Source of the DNA: an uncultured virus (IMG/VR IMGVR_UViG_3300025853_000053) | Lineage: Duplodnaviria; Heunggongvirae; Uroviricota; Caudoviricetes | Length of the DNA: 20,000 bases | Reading direction: 5' to 3' (one strand) | IMG/VR virus record: IMGVR_UViG_3300025853_000053 | Span: 58,836-78,835 of that record | Part shown: positions 8,770 to 17,932 of the stretch, piece after piece | Layout of the letters: each line of letters begins with the position of its first letter | Numbering within the stretch: the first letter of the stretch is position 1 | Program-made: the position numbers and the translations under genes | The notes under the pieces: generated by a model | Seen by the model: the letters and a program-made list of their open reading frames with translations, nothing else | Database searches by the model: none | Told to the model about the DNA's origin: nothing

Positions 8770-10980
8770 TTACCCATTATTTGTTAAGCTTTTACCCACT
8801 ATATCTGCCTGGAATACTAAGTTTTCATCGTCAATACAAACGATCTCTATAACTGGCATATAATCATAAGAGGATATGTCAGAATCAACCAGGGAAATAA
8901 TAAGATTTGAATATGCAACCCCTGAAGGATTGTTGATCGGATATCTACCAACTGCGTTAGTAAGGAAATTGATTGTGAAATCGTTTGGAATTATCTGATC
9001 ACCGAAGCTAAATTTAAGAGCCTGTCCTTTCTTCCATGATGTAATAGAATCATCAACCCTAATAGACAAATCAGAAGTCAGAGTAATTGGGGTACCATTG
9101 TTAATGTGTTTATAATAATTACCAAAACTTCTAAGATCAACCCTATTTAAGGCATTGTTCTGTAGAGTTATGGTTCCGTTACCCTGCCCAAGGTTAAATT
9201 CCTGATTATTATTTTCAATAGTAACCTGATTAGGTATGGACCTATTAACAAGGACACCAGATCCTTGCTTAATCGTATCAAGATTATATGAGATTTCCAC
9301 AGAGGTCTCATTATTAATAATGGCCCTAATTAACTCATAATTCTGAGTGATTAGACCCATGACAGATTGAGTATTGTTAAACAATGCTTGGTTAGCAGCA
9401 TAAGAACTTTCAAGGCTTGTTATTCTTCTATCAAGAGAAGTTGAAGTATCCTGTGTGAGTAACAAATTCTCCATAGCGGAAACCCTCTCTTCCAAATCTA
9501 TATAGCTTGCTGCGTTGTTGTTGAGTGTACTTGAAGCATCCTGTAAAACATTTACAGCATCCATAAACATAGTTAGCGAGAATGGGGAATAGTCATTTAT
9601 CGCTTGCTCAACACCAGTTTGATCTATATCAACATCAAATTTGATGTTTAGTTTTAATCCATAAGAATTACCATTAAGCTTGGTAACTATATTTGGCTTA
9701 TACTTTTGGAATCTAGGAATGCTATAAATTCCAGACCCTGTAGTTTGCACGTCATCTAGAAATAATACCCCGTAGAGGTTTGTAGCAGAATTAGTTGGAT
9801 TAGCCGGGTCATAAACATCATAGTAAATTAACACCGCATTAAACTCAAAATCCTCCGAAATGGAAGTAGAGTTAAATTCTTCTAGAGTTGAAATTGATGC
9901 ATCATCTATGATTTGTTTGTAGGAATCTGGGTCAAAATCAATACCAACTGAATCCAGCCTCGTTCTAACGTATTTCTGGAATCCAACACCTGCGGTTGCT
10001 CCAGATACGGATTTAGAAATAATCTGTGCGGTTGGATCTACAAACGAGGAATCTGTAAAATATGTATTTGCAGTATCCCTTGGAGTATACCAATTACCAC
10101 TTCCTGTAGTTCCATTGGTGGTATCCTCAAATGTAGCGGAAGGAGATCCTAAAACATCATCATCAAAAATTGCTAAATTGGTTAGACCACTTGGATTCAA
10201 CTCATCATAAGATCTACCAGTCAAATATTCCTTGTCTAGTGGATCTGCAGGATTATTAGTCCATTGGTAATCTGGGTAGTAGTTTTCATCCACCACATTC
10301 TTAAAAAGAACGGTTGGTGTATTACCATCTTTAGTTGGAACATGGACATATACTTCAGAATAGGTATTATTGTTATTCTTAACCGAATTTACAATATCCA
10401 AGTTACCAATATATTGAACTACTCTATTGTATGTAGAACCTGCTAAGCCATAAGAACCTGTTCCACCCGAAGGATCACCCTCCACATATCTTTTCTGAGT
10501 AGATGGCAATCCGTTGATAGTCATAACAGTATTTTGATCAAGAGTAGAAACTACCTGATCGGAAGATGCTGGTTGATATCTAATGGCTCCAACTTCCTTC
10601 AACCACTTGAAGAAAACCCTCTCAGAAATGTTTTGCTTTAAATCTGGGTTGTAAACATCAGAGCTTAAAACCGTCGTTTCAAAGTTCAAACAATAGCTTT
10701 GGAAACTTTGTGAGAAATCAGTATTGGCATTACCAGTAATAATGTTTCCAGCGCTTGTGGCATAATCTAAAAACGCACTGTCAGGTGCGTTTAGTTTAAT
10801 GCTGTTACCAAGGGGATCTCCAGAATTGATATCAGGAATATTCAGAAGTGCAAATTTGGAAAACTTGAACTTGTCTACTGAATTATTAAACGTAAAGGAC
10901 AGATCTTCAGCGGCAGAAGAGAATGCGTAAAAAGTTCCACCCTGTACTTGAAGAGGCCTTATAAATGGGGTTTTTGCCAT
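8770..10980 (-). CDS. Hypothetical phage structural protein (736 aa) with a central coiled coil
   Basis: ORF track, ATG start and TAA stop. Coiled-coil-like YIDLEERVSAMENLL...SLDRRITSLESSY segment lies between beta-rich N- and C-terminal regions. No enzyme motif recognised. Confidence 0.85.
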   Translation of the reverse strand: MAKTPFIRPLQVQGGTFYAFSSAAEDLSFTFNNSVDKFKFSKFALLNIPDINSGDPLGNSIKLNAPDSAFLDYATSAGNIITGNANTDFSQSFQSYCLNFETTVLSSDVYNPDLKQNISERVFFKWLKEVGAIRYQPASSDQVVSTLDQNTVMTINGLPSTQKRYVEGDPSGGTGSYGLAGSTYNRVVQYIGNLDIVNSVKNNNNTYSEVYVHVPTKDGNTPTVLFKNVVDENYYPDYQWTNNPADPLDKEYLTGRSYDELNPSGLTNLAIFDDDVLGSPSATFEDTTNGTTGSGNWYTPRDTANTYFTDSSFVDPTAQIISKSVSGATAGVGFQKYVRTRLDSVGIDFDPDSYKQIIDDASISTLEEFNSTSISEDFEFNAVLIYYDVYDPANPTNSATNLYGVLFLDDVQTTGSGIYSIPRFQKYKPNIVTKLNGNSYGLKLNIKFDVDIDQTGVEQAINDYSPFSLTMFMDAVNVLQDASSTLNNNAASYIDLEERVSAMENLLLTQDTSTSLDRRITSLESSYAANQALFNNTQSVMGLITQNYELIRAIINNETSVEISYNLDTIKQGSGVLVNRSIPNQVTIENNNQEFNLGQGNGTITLQNNALNRVDLRSFGNYYKHINNGTPITLTSDLSIRVDDSITSWKKGQALKFSFGDQIIPNDFTINFLTNAVGRYPINNPSGVAYSNLIISLVDSDISSYDYMPVIEIVCIDDENLVFQADIVGKSLTNNG

Positions 10981-10997
10981 TTATCTAATTTTTTTTG

Positions 10998-11888
10998 TTA
11001 TGACCAAGACATATTTGAAGATCCCAGTACTACCCAAGATCCTTCCTGACTACCGCTATCCTTTCCTATCCTCGGCTCCCATTGAAGCTGAATAGAAGAT
11101 TGGTAAGGTCTGTTTGCGTCAACTGTAATCCCAGTTGATGGGAATTCTCCATATCCGCTTGCAGTATTAAATCCAGTGTAGTTTGATCCTTGAACTCCAG
11201 TTTTAATTGAACCAGCAGAGGTCTCAGTATTTATAATTGTAATTCTTAGACCAGCAGGAAGGTTAGCTGCTGTAGTTCCTGCAGTTCCAACGCTCATATA
11301 GAAGCCAGAAGAACACTGAGCATATATTACATCCTCTTGAGCAGTGATAACGTAAGGACTTGCAGATGAAGTTCCACGTCCACCACCACCTCCGGTTGCG
11401 GATGAAGGGAAAACGGTTCCTGAAGTTGCACCACTAGCACCAATAGTATTTTGACAAGCAAAATTACCAACAGGACCAAGGGTCATTGTATTATTTAGGG
11501 TCGTAGCTCCGCTAAGTGTTGTCGAACCAGAGAATGTTGAAGTGCCGCTCTGTGTTAAAGTACTTCCAGATCCAAAGCTTATTGTCCCGCTACCAGTTAA
11601 ATTTGTGGTTGAGACCGAAGAAAATGAACCAGCTCCAGAAGAATTAATCTGAGCTAGTGCAGTACCTCCGCTTGGAATAACAATAGAATCGAATTTTCCA
11701 GTTTTAGCAGAGATTCTTCCTGTCGATGCACCGGTTAAATTGATAATACCATTTACCGTATCTAGACCGAAAACCGTGTTGTAATTATTAACCCAATTTT
11801 CTAGTGTAAGAAAGTTTGAGTTTATAGTAGTTCTCGATGCAGAAATCGAATCAGAGCCAAGAATGGAAGTAGTGTTTACTGTAGCCAT
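10998..11888 (-). CDS. Putative short tail fibre / baseplate-associated protein (296 aa, Gly/Ser/Thr-rich)
   Basis: The N-terminal SDSISASRTTINSNFLTL resembles the D-x5-R-x2-IN-x-NF-x2-L attachment-type motif common at the start of phage fibre/baseplate proteins. It is followed by low-complexity beta-repeat-like TFSGSTTLSGATTLNN and a compact C-terminal domain ending WVVLG. Confidence 0.65.
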   Translation of the reverse strand: MATVNTTSILGSDSISASRTTINSNFLTLENWVNNYNTVFGLDTVNGIINLTGASTGRISAKTGKFDSIVIPSGGTALAQINSSGAGSFSSVSTTNLTGSGTISFGSGSTLTQSGTSTFSGSTTLSGATTLNNTMTLGPVGNFACQNTIGASGATSGTVFPSSATGGGGGRGTSSASPYVITAQEDVIYAQCSSGFYMSVGTAGTTAANLPAGLRITIINTETSAGSIKTGVQGSNYTGFNTASGYGEFPSTGITVDANRPYQSSIQLQWEPRIGKDSGSQEGSWVVLGSSNMSWS

Positions 11889-11919
11889 TTGTTGTAATTA
11901 TTTTGATTTCTTAAGTTTT

Positions 11920-11930
11920 GAATATATATC
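11920..11930. promoter_or_regulatory. Candidate bidirectional AT-palindromic promoter element (GAATATATATC)
   Basis: Sits near the middle of the only divergent intergenic gap (11889-11953). It contains the palindrome ATATATAT (11922-11929) and reads GATATATA on the minus strand, about 33 bp from the 296-aa ATG and 24 bp from the phoH ATG. Confidence 0.35.
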
Positions 11931-11953
11931 ACATTAACTTTTAAATAGTAAAA

Positions 11954-12610
11954 ATGCCAGACTCATCGAAACGTAACCCCAAGGGAGATACGAAGTTTAA
12001 CATTACTCTTTCAGAAGAACAAAAATCGGCAAAATCTGAAATCAGGAAACACCCATTCAATTTTATTACTGGAAAAGCAGGAAGTGGTAAGACACTTTTA
12101 GCAGTCCAAATAGCACTAGATTGCTATTTCAAAAGAGAATGTGAAAAAATAGTAATCACTAGACCAACGGTTTCTAACGAGGATAACGGATTTTTACCAG
12201 GATCTCTAGAGGAAAAAATGGAACCTTGGCTTGTTCCAATTAGATCGAACATGAGAAAGGTTTACAACAAAGCAGACCATTTGGAAAGAATGGAAAAAGA
12301 TGAGATTATCGAATTGGTTTCTCTTAGTCATTTCAGAGGGAGAACGTTTGATAGATCTGTTGTTATTGTAGATGAATTTCAAAATTTAACCAAGCAACAA
12401 CTAGGTATGGTACTAGGTAGACTTGGCAAGCATTCAAGAATGATTCTTTGTGGTGATGGACAGCAGATAGATTTGAAATTTGCTAATGATTCGGCTATCC
12501 ATGAAGTACCAAAACTCAAGGATTCAAAATTTGTCTATTCAATAGCTTTGAAAGATAACCACAGACACGAGTCTATAGATGAAGTTCTAAGGCTACTTTA
12601 TACATTCTAA
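11954..12610 (+). CDS. phoH: PhoH-family ATPase (218 aa, stand-alone PhoH domain)
   Basis: Walker A GKAGSGKT (12071-12094) plus PhoH signature motifs IVITRP, GFLPGSLEEKMEPW, FRGRTF, Walker B VIVDEFQN, GRLG, GDGQQIDL and terminal HRH. Confidence 0.96.
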   Translation: MPDSSKRNPKGDTKFNITLSEEQKSAKSEIRKHPFNFITGKAGSGKTLLAVQIALDCYFKRECEKIVITRPTVSNEDNGFLPGSLEEKMEPWLVPIRSNMRKVYNKADHLERMEKDEIIELVSLSHFRGRTFDRSVVIVDEFQNLTKQQLGMVLGRLGKHSRMILCGDGQQIDLKFANDSAIHEVPKLKDSKFVYSIALKDNHRHESIDEVLRLLYTF

Positions 12611-15600
12611 TTAAAACTGATCGAACGTTGCATCTGGATTATCTTTAATGATTAATCCAGAACCAAAAGGGACAAGGTTTTGAAGCATTATTCTTTTTTG
12701 CTCCTCACTTAAATCTTTAGATAACTCCTTGTACTCAGCCCCACTTATATAAGATGGCTGTTTCCTATATCCATAGTCTGAAGAATTTACAAACTCTGGG
12801 TTAGGATCATCAGCTGCAGGTATAGTCTGATCTACAACCTTAACAAAAGCAGGTTTTGATATCTGATAAACATTACCGTTACAGTCTTCCACAATATTTT
12901 GAATTGAGTAATATCCGGACACGGAGAATGTGTAAATAAAGAATGGAACATCCTTTACATCAAGCAAAGTTTCACCCGTAGTAGCGTTGGTTAATTTCCA
13001 CCTATTTGTGTTTTTACCAAAAATTTTGCTATCGTAATTACTTAGGAAAACTGTTGATAAAAGGGGAACGAAAAGATCCGAATCAGAGTTGTGAACATCT
13101 ACCCAAGTCCAAGCTCCAGAACCAGCCCTTGAAATAATATTACCGACATCTTTACCGACACCAGGCTTATAGCTTTCTAACAAAGAGACAAATCCGCCAG
13201 TTGCTGAACTATAGGGTAGATTTGCTGGTCCAGTTACACCAGCACTAGAGCCAGCAAGGAACACATCTAAATTTGGATTTACATGTATTTTAAGCTGGGA
13301 TTGGTCCCCAGTATTTCCCTGTCCAAAAGTAGAAGCAATATCTACATAGGTTCCCGTTACGTTTCTTTTTATAATGGTGTGGCCCCCACCGGTTAGACCA
13401 GAGGTTCTTTGATAATACAAAGCCATATATTGGTCTCCACCAGGCATAGAATCGCTTTGATCGCTAATGAATGATGAGTATGGAATTCCGTACGTTTCTG
13501 GTAGAACCTCATAGGAGGAAAGCTGCTTGTAATTGCCACCAGGTCTAACCGAAAGCGTAAGTACATTCACCCCACCAGAAGTGCCAGTAGCATCTAACTT
13601 AGTACTTTTTGTTATTGGGTAAAGAGCGGGAGTATCTGTATAGAGAGAGTTTATATAGTAACTATCATCTGATCTATATCCAGAAATAGTTTTATACCAA
13701 GTTTCATATTGAGCTGCTGTCCCTCCAGAATTTTTTATGAAAGCACCAGTTAGTGAGGCGTGGTTAAAATCATTTAAAATGAAATATGGATACGAAAAAC
13801 CTGGATTCGGATGTGATACAGTAAGATTACCGACTATGACATCTCTAGTTGAAGTTCCAGTAAGCAGATAGGTCAGAGAATTTTCTAGTGAAGTTATCCC
13901 ATCAACACTAGAAGTACTAGAACCGGTAAGCCCAATTTTGAACCCATCTCGCATTGAAAGATTCGAGTTCATATCAATTAAGGAGCCACTTCTGTCATAA
14001 GTACTAGAATTCTTAGAAGAAAAAATAAACTCAGGCGAACTTGGTAAATCACTAAGATCAAACCATCCATCCTTTAAAACAGATATTCCACCAGAATAAT
14101 TAGAAATCACCCTAACAGAATTCTCAGTAACAGATAGATCCAGATTTTCAATAGATGTAGGCGGGGAGTATGCTGGATCAATTACACCCGTTGGATCGTA
14201 GCTGCCGCTAGCTCCTGGGAAATACCTAAAGTTCTTAAGAGAAAATTGATTTAATGCAGAATAATCAGTCGTGAAGTCCATATCACCATAGCTAACTTTG
14301 CTACCAAGATCAATTTCAACTTCAGCCATAAAGATAGCCTCAGTATCGCCAAGAATAGAGGTCTCCGGTAAATAAATCCCGCTGGTTGCACCGGTTGCAC
14401 CGTTAAGTATCCAAGGATAAGCATAAGATGCAGTTAAACCAGGAGAGGATATATTAGAGAATCCTACAGGACCTCCAGTAGGACCGGTTACACCTGTTAC
14501 AGTCATATCAGATGCACCCGGATATTTACTAGAATAAATAAACTCGCCAGCTTCAAGGTATTTACGGAATGTACCTAAAACATAAATGGAGGAATTATCT
14601 GTAGATGGTAATGCCTTATAAACTCTTGTCGAGAACCCCCTGAAAGGAACTACTGTCTTAACTTGTCCGCCATCACTATAAAGTGCAACAAAACCAAGAT
14701 CTCCAGTGCCACCAGCAGAATCTGTTGGGTTTGGATTAGATAAAGTGTAATTTGGAGTAAGGTTGTTCTTCTCACCAAAGTTTATAGACGATTCACTTGA
14801 ATATCCAGTCAATACATTATAATCACGGTACTTACTAGCAGAGGTTACTGTAAAAGTAGTTGTGTCTGTGAGCCAGTCAGAATCTGCTATAAGTTTAGAA
14901 AGCTCTTCATCACTGTAAGGGATTATTTCACCATTATTCCAATAGGGCTGTTCCCCTGCTTTACCGCTTGCAATGTCTTTGAAATTGGTTTCCAAAAACA
15001 AGTTTCTTGGATCTAAACCAGGATGGAGGTTTTTTAGGTATTCGTTATCGTATCCTCTCCAGGTAGGGTATTTCCAAGTGTACTTGTCAGCTTTCGGAAG
15101 TCTAGCAGTATCAGTAGTTCCGCCCTCTGTGGTGTGTGTATAATAAACAAAATTCCATCCTGTGGTTCCTGTATACTTAGATGTTCCATATACGTGAGGC
15201 AAAGTGTAATCAAAGAGGCAAATATTATTACCAGCAACAATCCAAAGATCCTCCTCGTAAACCTTCCTTGTTCCAGCTAGAGATTTTTCTTCGACCTTCA
15301 TTAATTCAATCACCCTATTATCGGGCAGATTTGTATTGGAAGAAGTTAAATGGGTGAAGGAATCCCCATTAAAATGATAGAATCCATTTGAAGTAGAAGG
15401 CTGATCAAAAGGATTACCTATCCTAAAGAAGACGTGTCCATTCTTCCTTGCTACTACCTTAGTTACACCTACTCCGGATCCAACATTCCAGTTATAAAAT
15501 TTCTTACCATCCCAATATGTTATACCATTCTCGGTACCAGCCCAATAGTTGCCATCCTCATCAAATGAAACATCATATACAATATCACCACCAATGCCAG

Positions 15601-16273
15601 AGGTAATGGAATTGTATTTAGAAAGCTGCTTAATTGCAAGCTCACCATTATCCAAAGTTATAGGATCAAGATTTCCCTGTGGAATAGTTTGGAGTCCGTC
15701 ATTTGTGCTTAGATAGTACTCAAATGTATTACCACCTTCACCCTTAGCTGTTATCTCGTATATGTGAGGCCATGTATATCCTGGACTTACCTCGCTCCAT
15801 TGTTCAGCAACTTTATCATACCTCCAAAGATATCCCCCGGTCACCCCGGTGTTTCCAGTTCCGCCAGTTCCAGCACCACCATTCAGTGGTGAGATAAAAG
15901 CAAGAACTTCCTCCGTGTAGGGACTTGCGTAAATAGTAGGTACTTCCCAATTAGGAGACTGCGAAGAATAATTTCCAAATTGACTTAAAGACCAACTTTC
16001 CCCAGTAGCAGCCTGACTTCCAACAGCCTTAAAAACTAATTCCTGAGATAAAGAAGCAGTTACCGCACACCCAACCCATTTGCTGTTTTCATTATCAATA
16101 GAGATTGACCTAGTATCCAAGAAGTATGGATCATTGCTAGGAACCACCGAATTTTGGTAATTATAGTATGACCAATTTTCGCCATCGTATTTGGTAAGAT
16201 CTCTTCCCACAGCCCAAACGTCCCCAAAGGAATCAAGAGCTGCAGTGTTTATATAGAAAAAAGTTGTTGGCAT
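12611..16273 (-). CDS. Large beta-propeller protein (1220 aa): N-terminal Reg_prop/PorZ-like propeller, second propeller-like region, C-terminal PKD-like domain; putative virion adhesin/structural protein
   Basis: Repeats YDGENWSYYNYQNSVVPSN...SISIDNENSKWVG, YNSITSGIGGDIVYDVSFDEDGNYWAGTENGITYWDG and HFNGDSFTHLTSSNTNLPDNRVIEL...DLWI match two-component-regulator propeller blades. The C-terminal RWKL...FIYTFSVSGYYSIQNIVEDCNGN...FVKV is PKD-like. No signal peptide or transmembrane segment is evident. Confidence 0.8.
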   Translation of the reverse strand: MPTTFFYINTAALDSFGDVWAVGRDLTKYDGENWSYYNYQNSVVPSNDPYFLDTRSISIDNENSKWVGCAVTASLSQELVFKAVGSQAATGESWSLSQFGNYSSQSPNWEVPTIYASPYTEEVLAFISPLNGGAGTGGTGNTGVTGGYLWRYDKVAEQWSEVSPGYTWPHIYEITAKGEGGNTFEYYLSTNDGLQTIPQGNLDPITLDNGELAIKQLSKYNSITSGIGGDIVYDVSFDEDGNYWAGTENGITYWDGKKFYNWNVGSGVGVTKVVARKNGHVFFRIGNPFDQPSTSNGFYHFNGDSFTHLTSSNTNLPDNRVIELMKVEEKSLAGTRKVYEEDLWIVAGNNICLFDYTLPHVYGTSKYTGTTGWNFVYYTHTTEGGTTDTARLPKADKYTWKYPTWRGYDNEYLKNLHPGLDPRNLFLETNFKDIASGKAGEQPYWNNGEIIPYSDEELSKLIADSDWLTDTTTFTVTSASKYRDYNVLTGYSSESSINFGEKNNLTPNYTLSNPNPTDSAGGTGDLGFVALYSDGGQVKTVVPFRGFSTRVYKALPSTDNSSIYVLGTFRKYLEAGEFIYSSKYPGASDMTVTGVTGPTGGPVGFSNISSPGLTASYAYPWILNGATGATSGIYLPETSILGDTEAIFMAEVEIDLGSKVSYGDMDFTTDYSALNQFSLKNFRYFPGASGSYDPTGVIDPAYSPPTSIENLDLSVTENSVRVISNYSGGISVLKDGWFDLSDLPSSPEFIFSSKNSSTYDRSGSLIDMNSNLSMRDGFKIGLTGSSTSSVDGITSLENSLTYLLTGTSTRDVIVGNLTVSHPNPGFSYPYFILNDFNHASLTGAFIKNSGGTAAQYETWYKTISGYRSDDSYYINSLYTDTPALYPITKSTKLDATGTSGGVNVLTLSVRPGGNYKQLSSYEVLPETYGIPYSSFISDQSDSMPGGDQYMALYYQRTSGLTGGGHTIIKRNVTGTYVDIASTFGQGNTGDQSQLKIHVNPNLDVFLAGSSAGVTGPANLPYSSATGGFVSLLESYKPGVGKDVGNIISRAGSGAWTWVDVHNSDSDLFVPLLSTVFLSNYDSKIFGKNTNRWKLTNATTGETLLDVKDVPFFIYTFSVSGYYSIQNIVEDCNGNVYQISKPAFVKVVDQTIPAADDPNPEFVNSSDYGYRKQPSYISGAEYKELSKDLSEEQKRIMLQNLVPFGSGLIIKDNPDATFDQF

Positions 16274-16280
16274 TGCTTTC

Positions 16281-16288
16281 TATTTATC
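16281..16288 (-). promoter_or_regulatory. Candidate late-promoter-like element GATAAATA
   Basis: Lies in the 21-bp gap, 7 nt upstream of the 1220-aa ATG. It is one mismatch from the T4 late promoter TATAAATA and one from the GATATATA at 11923-11930. Confidence 0.3.
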
Positions 16289-16294
16289 AAAATT

Positions 16295-17920
16295 TTAGAA
16301 TATGGTATTTCCGTACACTATTCGCTTACCCTGCTCAAAGTAATCGTTTGTAGGTAAGATTAAATCAGGTGGCATACCAGAGCAAGAAAGAACATTTGAG
16401 CTACCAGTATAATAATAAGCAAATGGAGCTAAGTTCAAAGAAAGTGATGCATTTAGTGTAGCAGAGTTATCTTTTATTTGCACAGTTTCGATACTCTCAA
16501 TTTTAACCTCCATTTTTAAACCATAATAATTAGCTGGGGTTCCAAGTGAATTAATATTATAATTTTGAACTGCAGTAAATTCAATAGAACCAGTACCGCC
16601 TGGTATTGATGATGAAGCAATGGCAGCATTCAACTGTGTAGCAACCCCATCATTTCCTCCAGCATCTTGCATTACATAATATTCAAAATTAAGTGACCCA
16701 GGCTCATTTCCCTGGCCAGAATTAGCATTAACAGTACACGTGGCATTGAAAGAGCCGTTAACAGTTATGTAAATCTCGTAAGCATTACCACTATACCCAA
16801 GATTCGTGAAATATTGTGGTGAATAAACCACGGGATTAAACCCAGAACTTTGGCTAGTAATCGGAAATCTTGGAGACCAATAATCACTCTGTGCTGAATT
16901 TAACTGCGGATAAACATTATTTAAGATATCTGCAATTAGTGACAGAGAATAATTTCCGTTGGTAACCAGATCCGTGATATTTCCGGATTGACCATCGTCT
17001 GCAAAGTAAAGCTGTTTTGGCCTTCCGAGGTTAGGTAGGGTAGGGTATATGTAGCGCCCAGTTATTATTTCTATATCACCACTCGCATAAAAATAGTCCT
17101 CCACAATAATATAACCATTAACACGCGAAACCCCTGTGGTTACAAAAAGTGGGTTGCCACTAAGACCTGTACATGCTATGTAAGCATCCTCTTGAGTAGA
17201 GTGAAATCCAGTAACAAATTGACCACTCGCGGCGGAAGAAAAGTCAATCTCAAAAACATAGGAATTAGTAGGATATCCAAAGACACCTGTTTGTCTTCCG
17301 GTACTTGTGATAACCCCCTCCTGTGAATAAGGTTGGGCTGGACCAATCCTGTTTATATAATTGGTTTCTTGTACCCCGGTTTTAGTAACTGTTATTGAAG
17401 AAGAACTAGTATCAGTGGCAAAAGAACTTGTGGCATCAAGTCTCGTAGAAACAAGCACAGTTGATCCCGGAGCAGCTGCTATATTAGCTCCAGGGACGAG
17501 TTTCCAATCATCGTATTCTAGAGTAGGGTTAGTACTTGTTGAATAGTTAGATCCTCCTATAACCCATTGATAAGAGGTAGGTGCTTCTGGTACCCCAGTG
17601 GAAGTATTGGTAAATTGTGCTTCCTGTGACATCAGAACTGGGTTTGGTGCAACACTAAAGGATGAAGTTACCGAAGCTGTCAATACTTCTATACCGTTGG
17701 TGGAGGTAAATGAATTTGTAACATTATTAAAATCAGTTACCGTTAGTGTAGCAGTGTACTGTCCTGGAGTATTATACCTAACCTGTGCAGTTGCTCCTGT
17801 TGCTGAAGCAATGTCACCTCCATTGAAAGTCCATCTCCTATTATATGGAGGCAAACCGCCATATGTAGTGTCTGTAAAAATGACTGATTGCGTTTCGTAT
17901 ATTTGAATTGTTGAAGACAT
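16295..17920 (-). CDS. PKD-domain protein (541 aa; two N-terminal PKD/Ig-like domains), putative virion surface protein
   Basis: PKD1: SVIFTDTT...RRWTFNGG...VRYNTPGQYTATLTVTD...IEV. PKD2: SSFSVAPN...AQFTNTSTG...SYQWVIGG...STSTNPTLEY...ITV. The C-terminal ~360 aa are unrecognised. Confidence 0.85.
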   Translation of the reverse strand: MSSTIQIYETQSVIFTDTTYGGLPPYNRRWTFNGGDIASATGATAQVRYNTPGQYTATLTVTDFNNVTNSFTSTNGIEVLTASVTSSFSVAPNPVLMSQEAQFTNTSTGVPEAPTSYQWVIGGSNYSTSTNPTLEYDDWKLVPGANIAAAPGSTVLVSTRLDATSSFATDTSSSSITVTKTGVQETNYINRIGPAQPYSQEGVITSTGRQTGVFGYPTNSYVFEIDFSSAASGQFVTGFHSTQEDAYIACTGLSGNPLFVTTGVSRVNGYIIVEDYFYASGDIEIITGRYIYPTLPNLGRPKQLYFADDGQSGNITDLVTNGNYSLSLIADILNNVYPQLNSAQSDYWSPRFPITSQSSGFNPVVYSPQYFTNLGYSGNAYEIYITVNGSFNATCTVNANSGQGNEPGSLNFEYYVMQDAGGNDGVATQLNAAIASSSIPGGTGSIEFTAVQNYNINSLGTPANYYGLKMEVKIESIETVQIKDNSATLNASLSLNLAPFAYYYTGSSNVLSCSGMPPDLILPTNDYFEQGKRIVYGNTIF

Positions 17921-17932
17921 ATCGGTAATTTT

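Noticed and set aside
14455..15880. Collagen triple-helix domains from Gly-X-Thr runs
   Set aside because: The runs are only about 2-4 triplets, too short for a collagen helix. They are treated instead as a dispersed linear motif.
10998..17920. Diversity-generating retroelement target/template pair in the adhesin-like genes
   Set aside because: There is no reverse transcriptase, and I noticed no ~100-bp near-duplicate differing at adenines. A self-alignment would be needed to exclude it formally.
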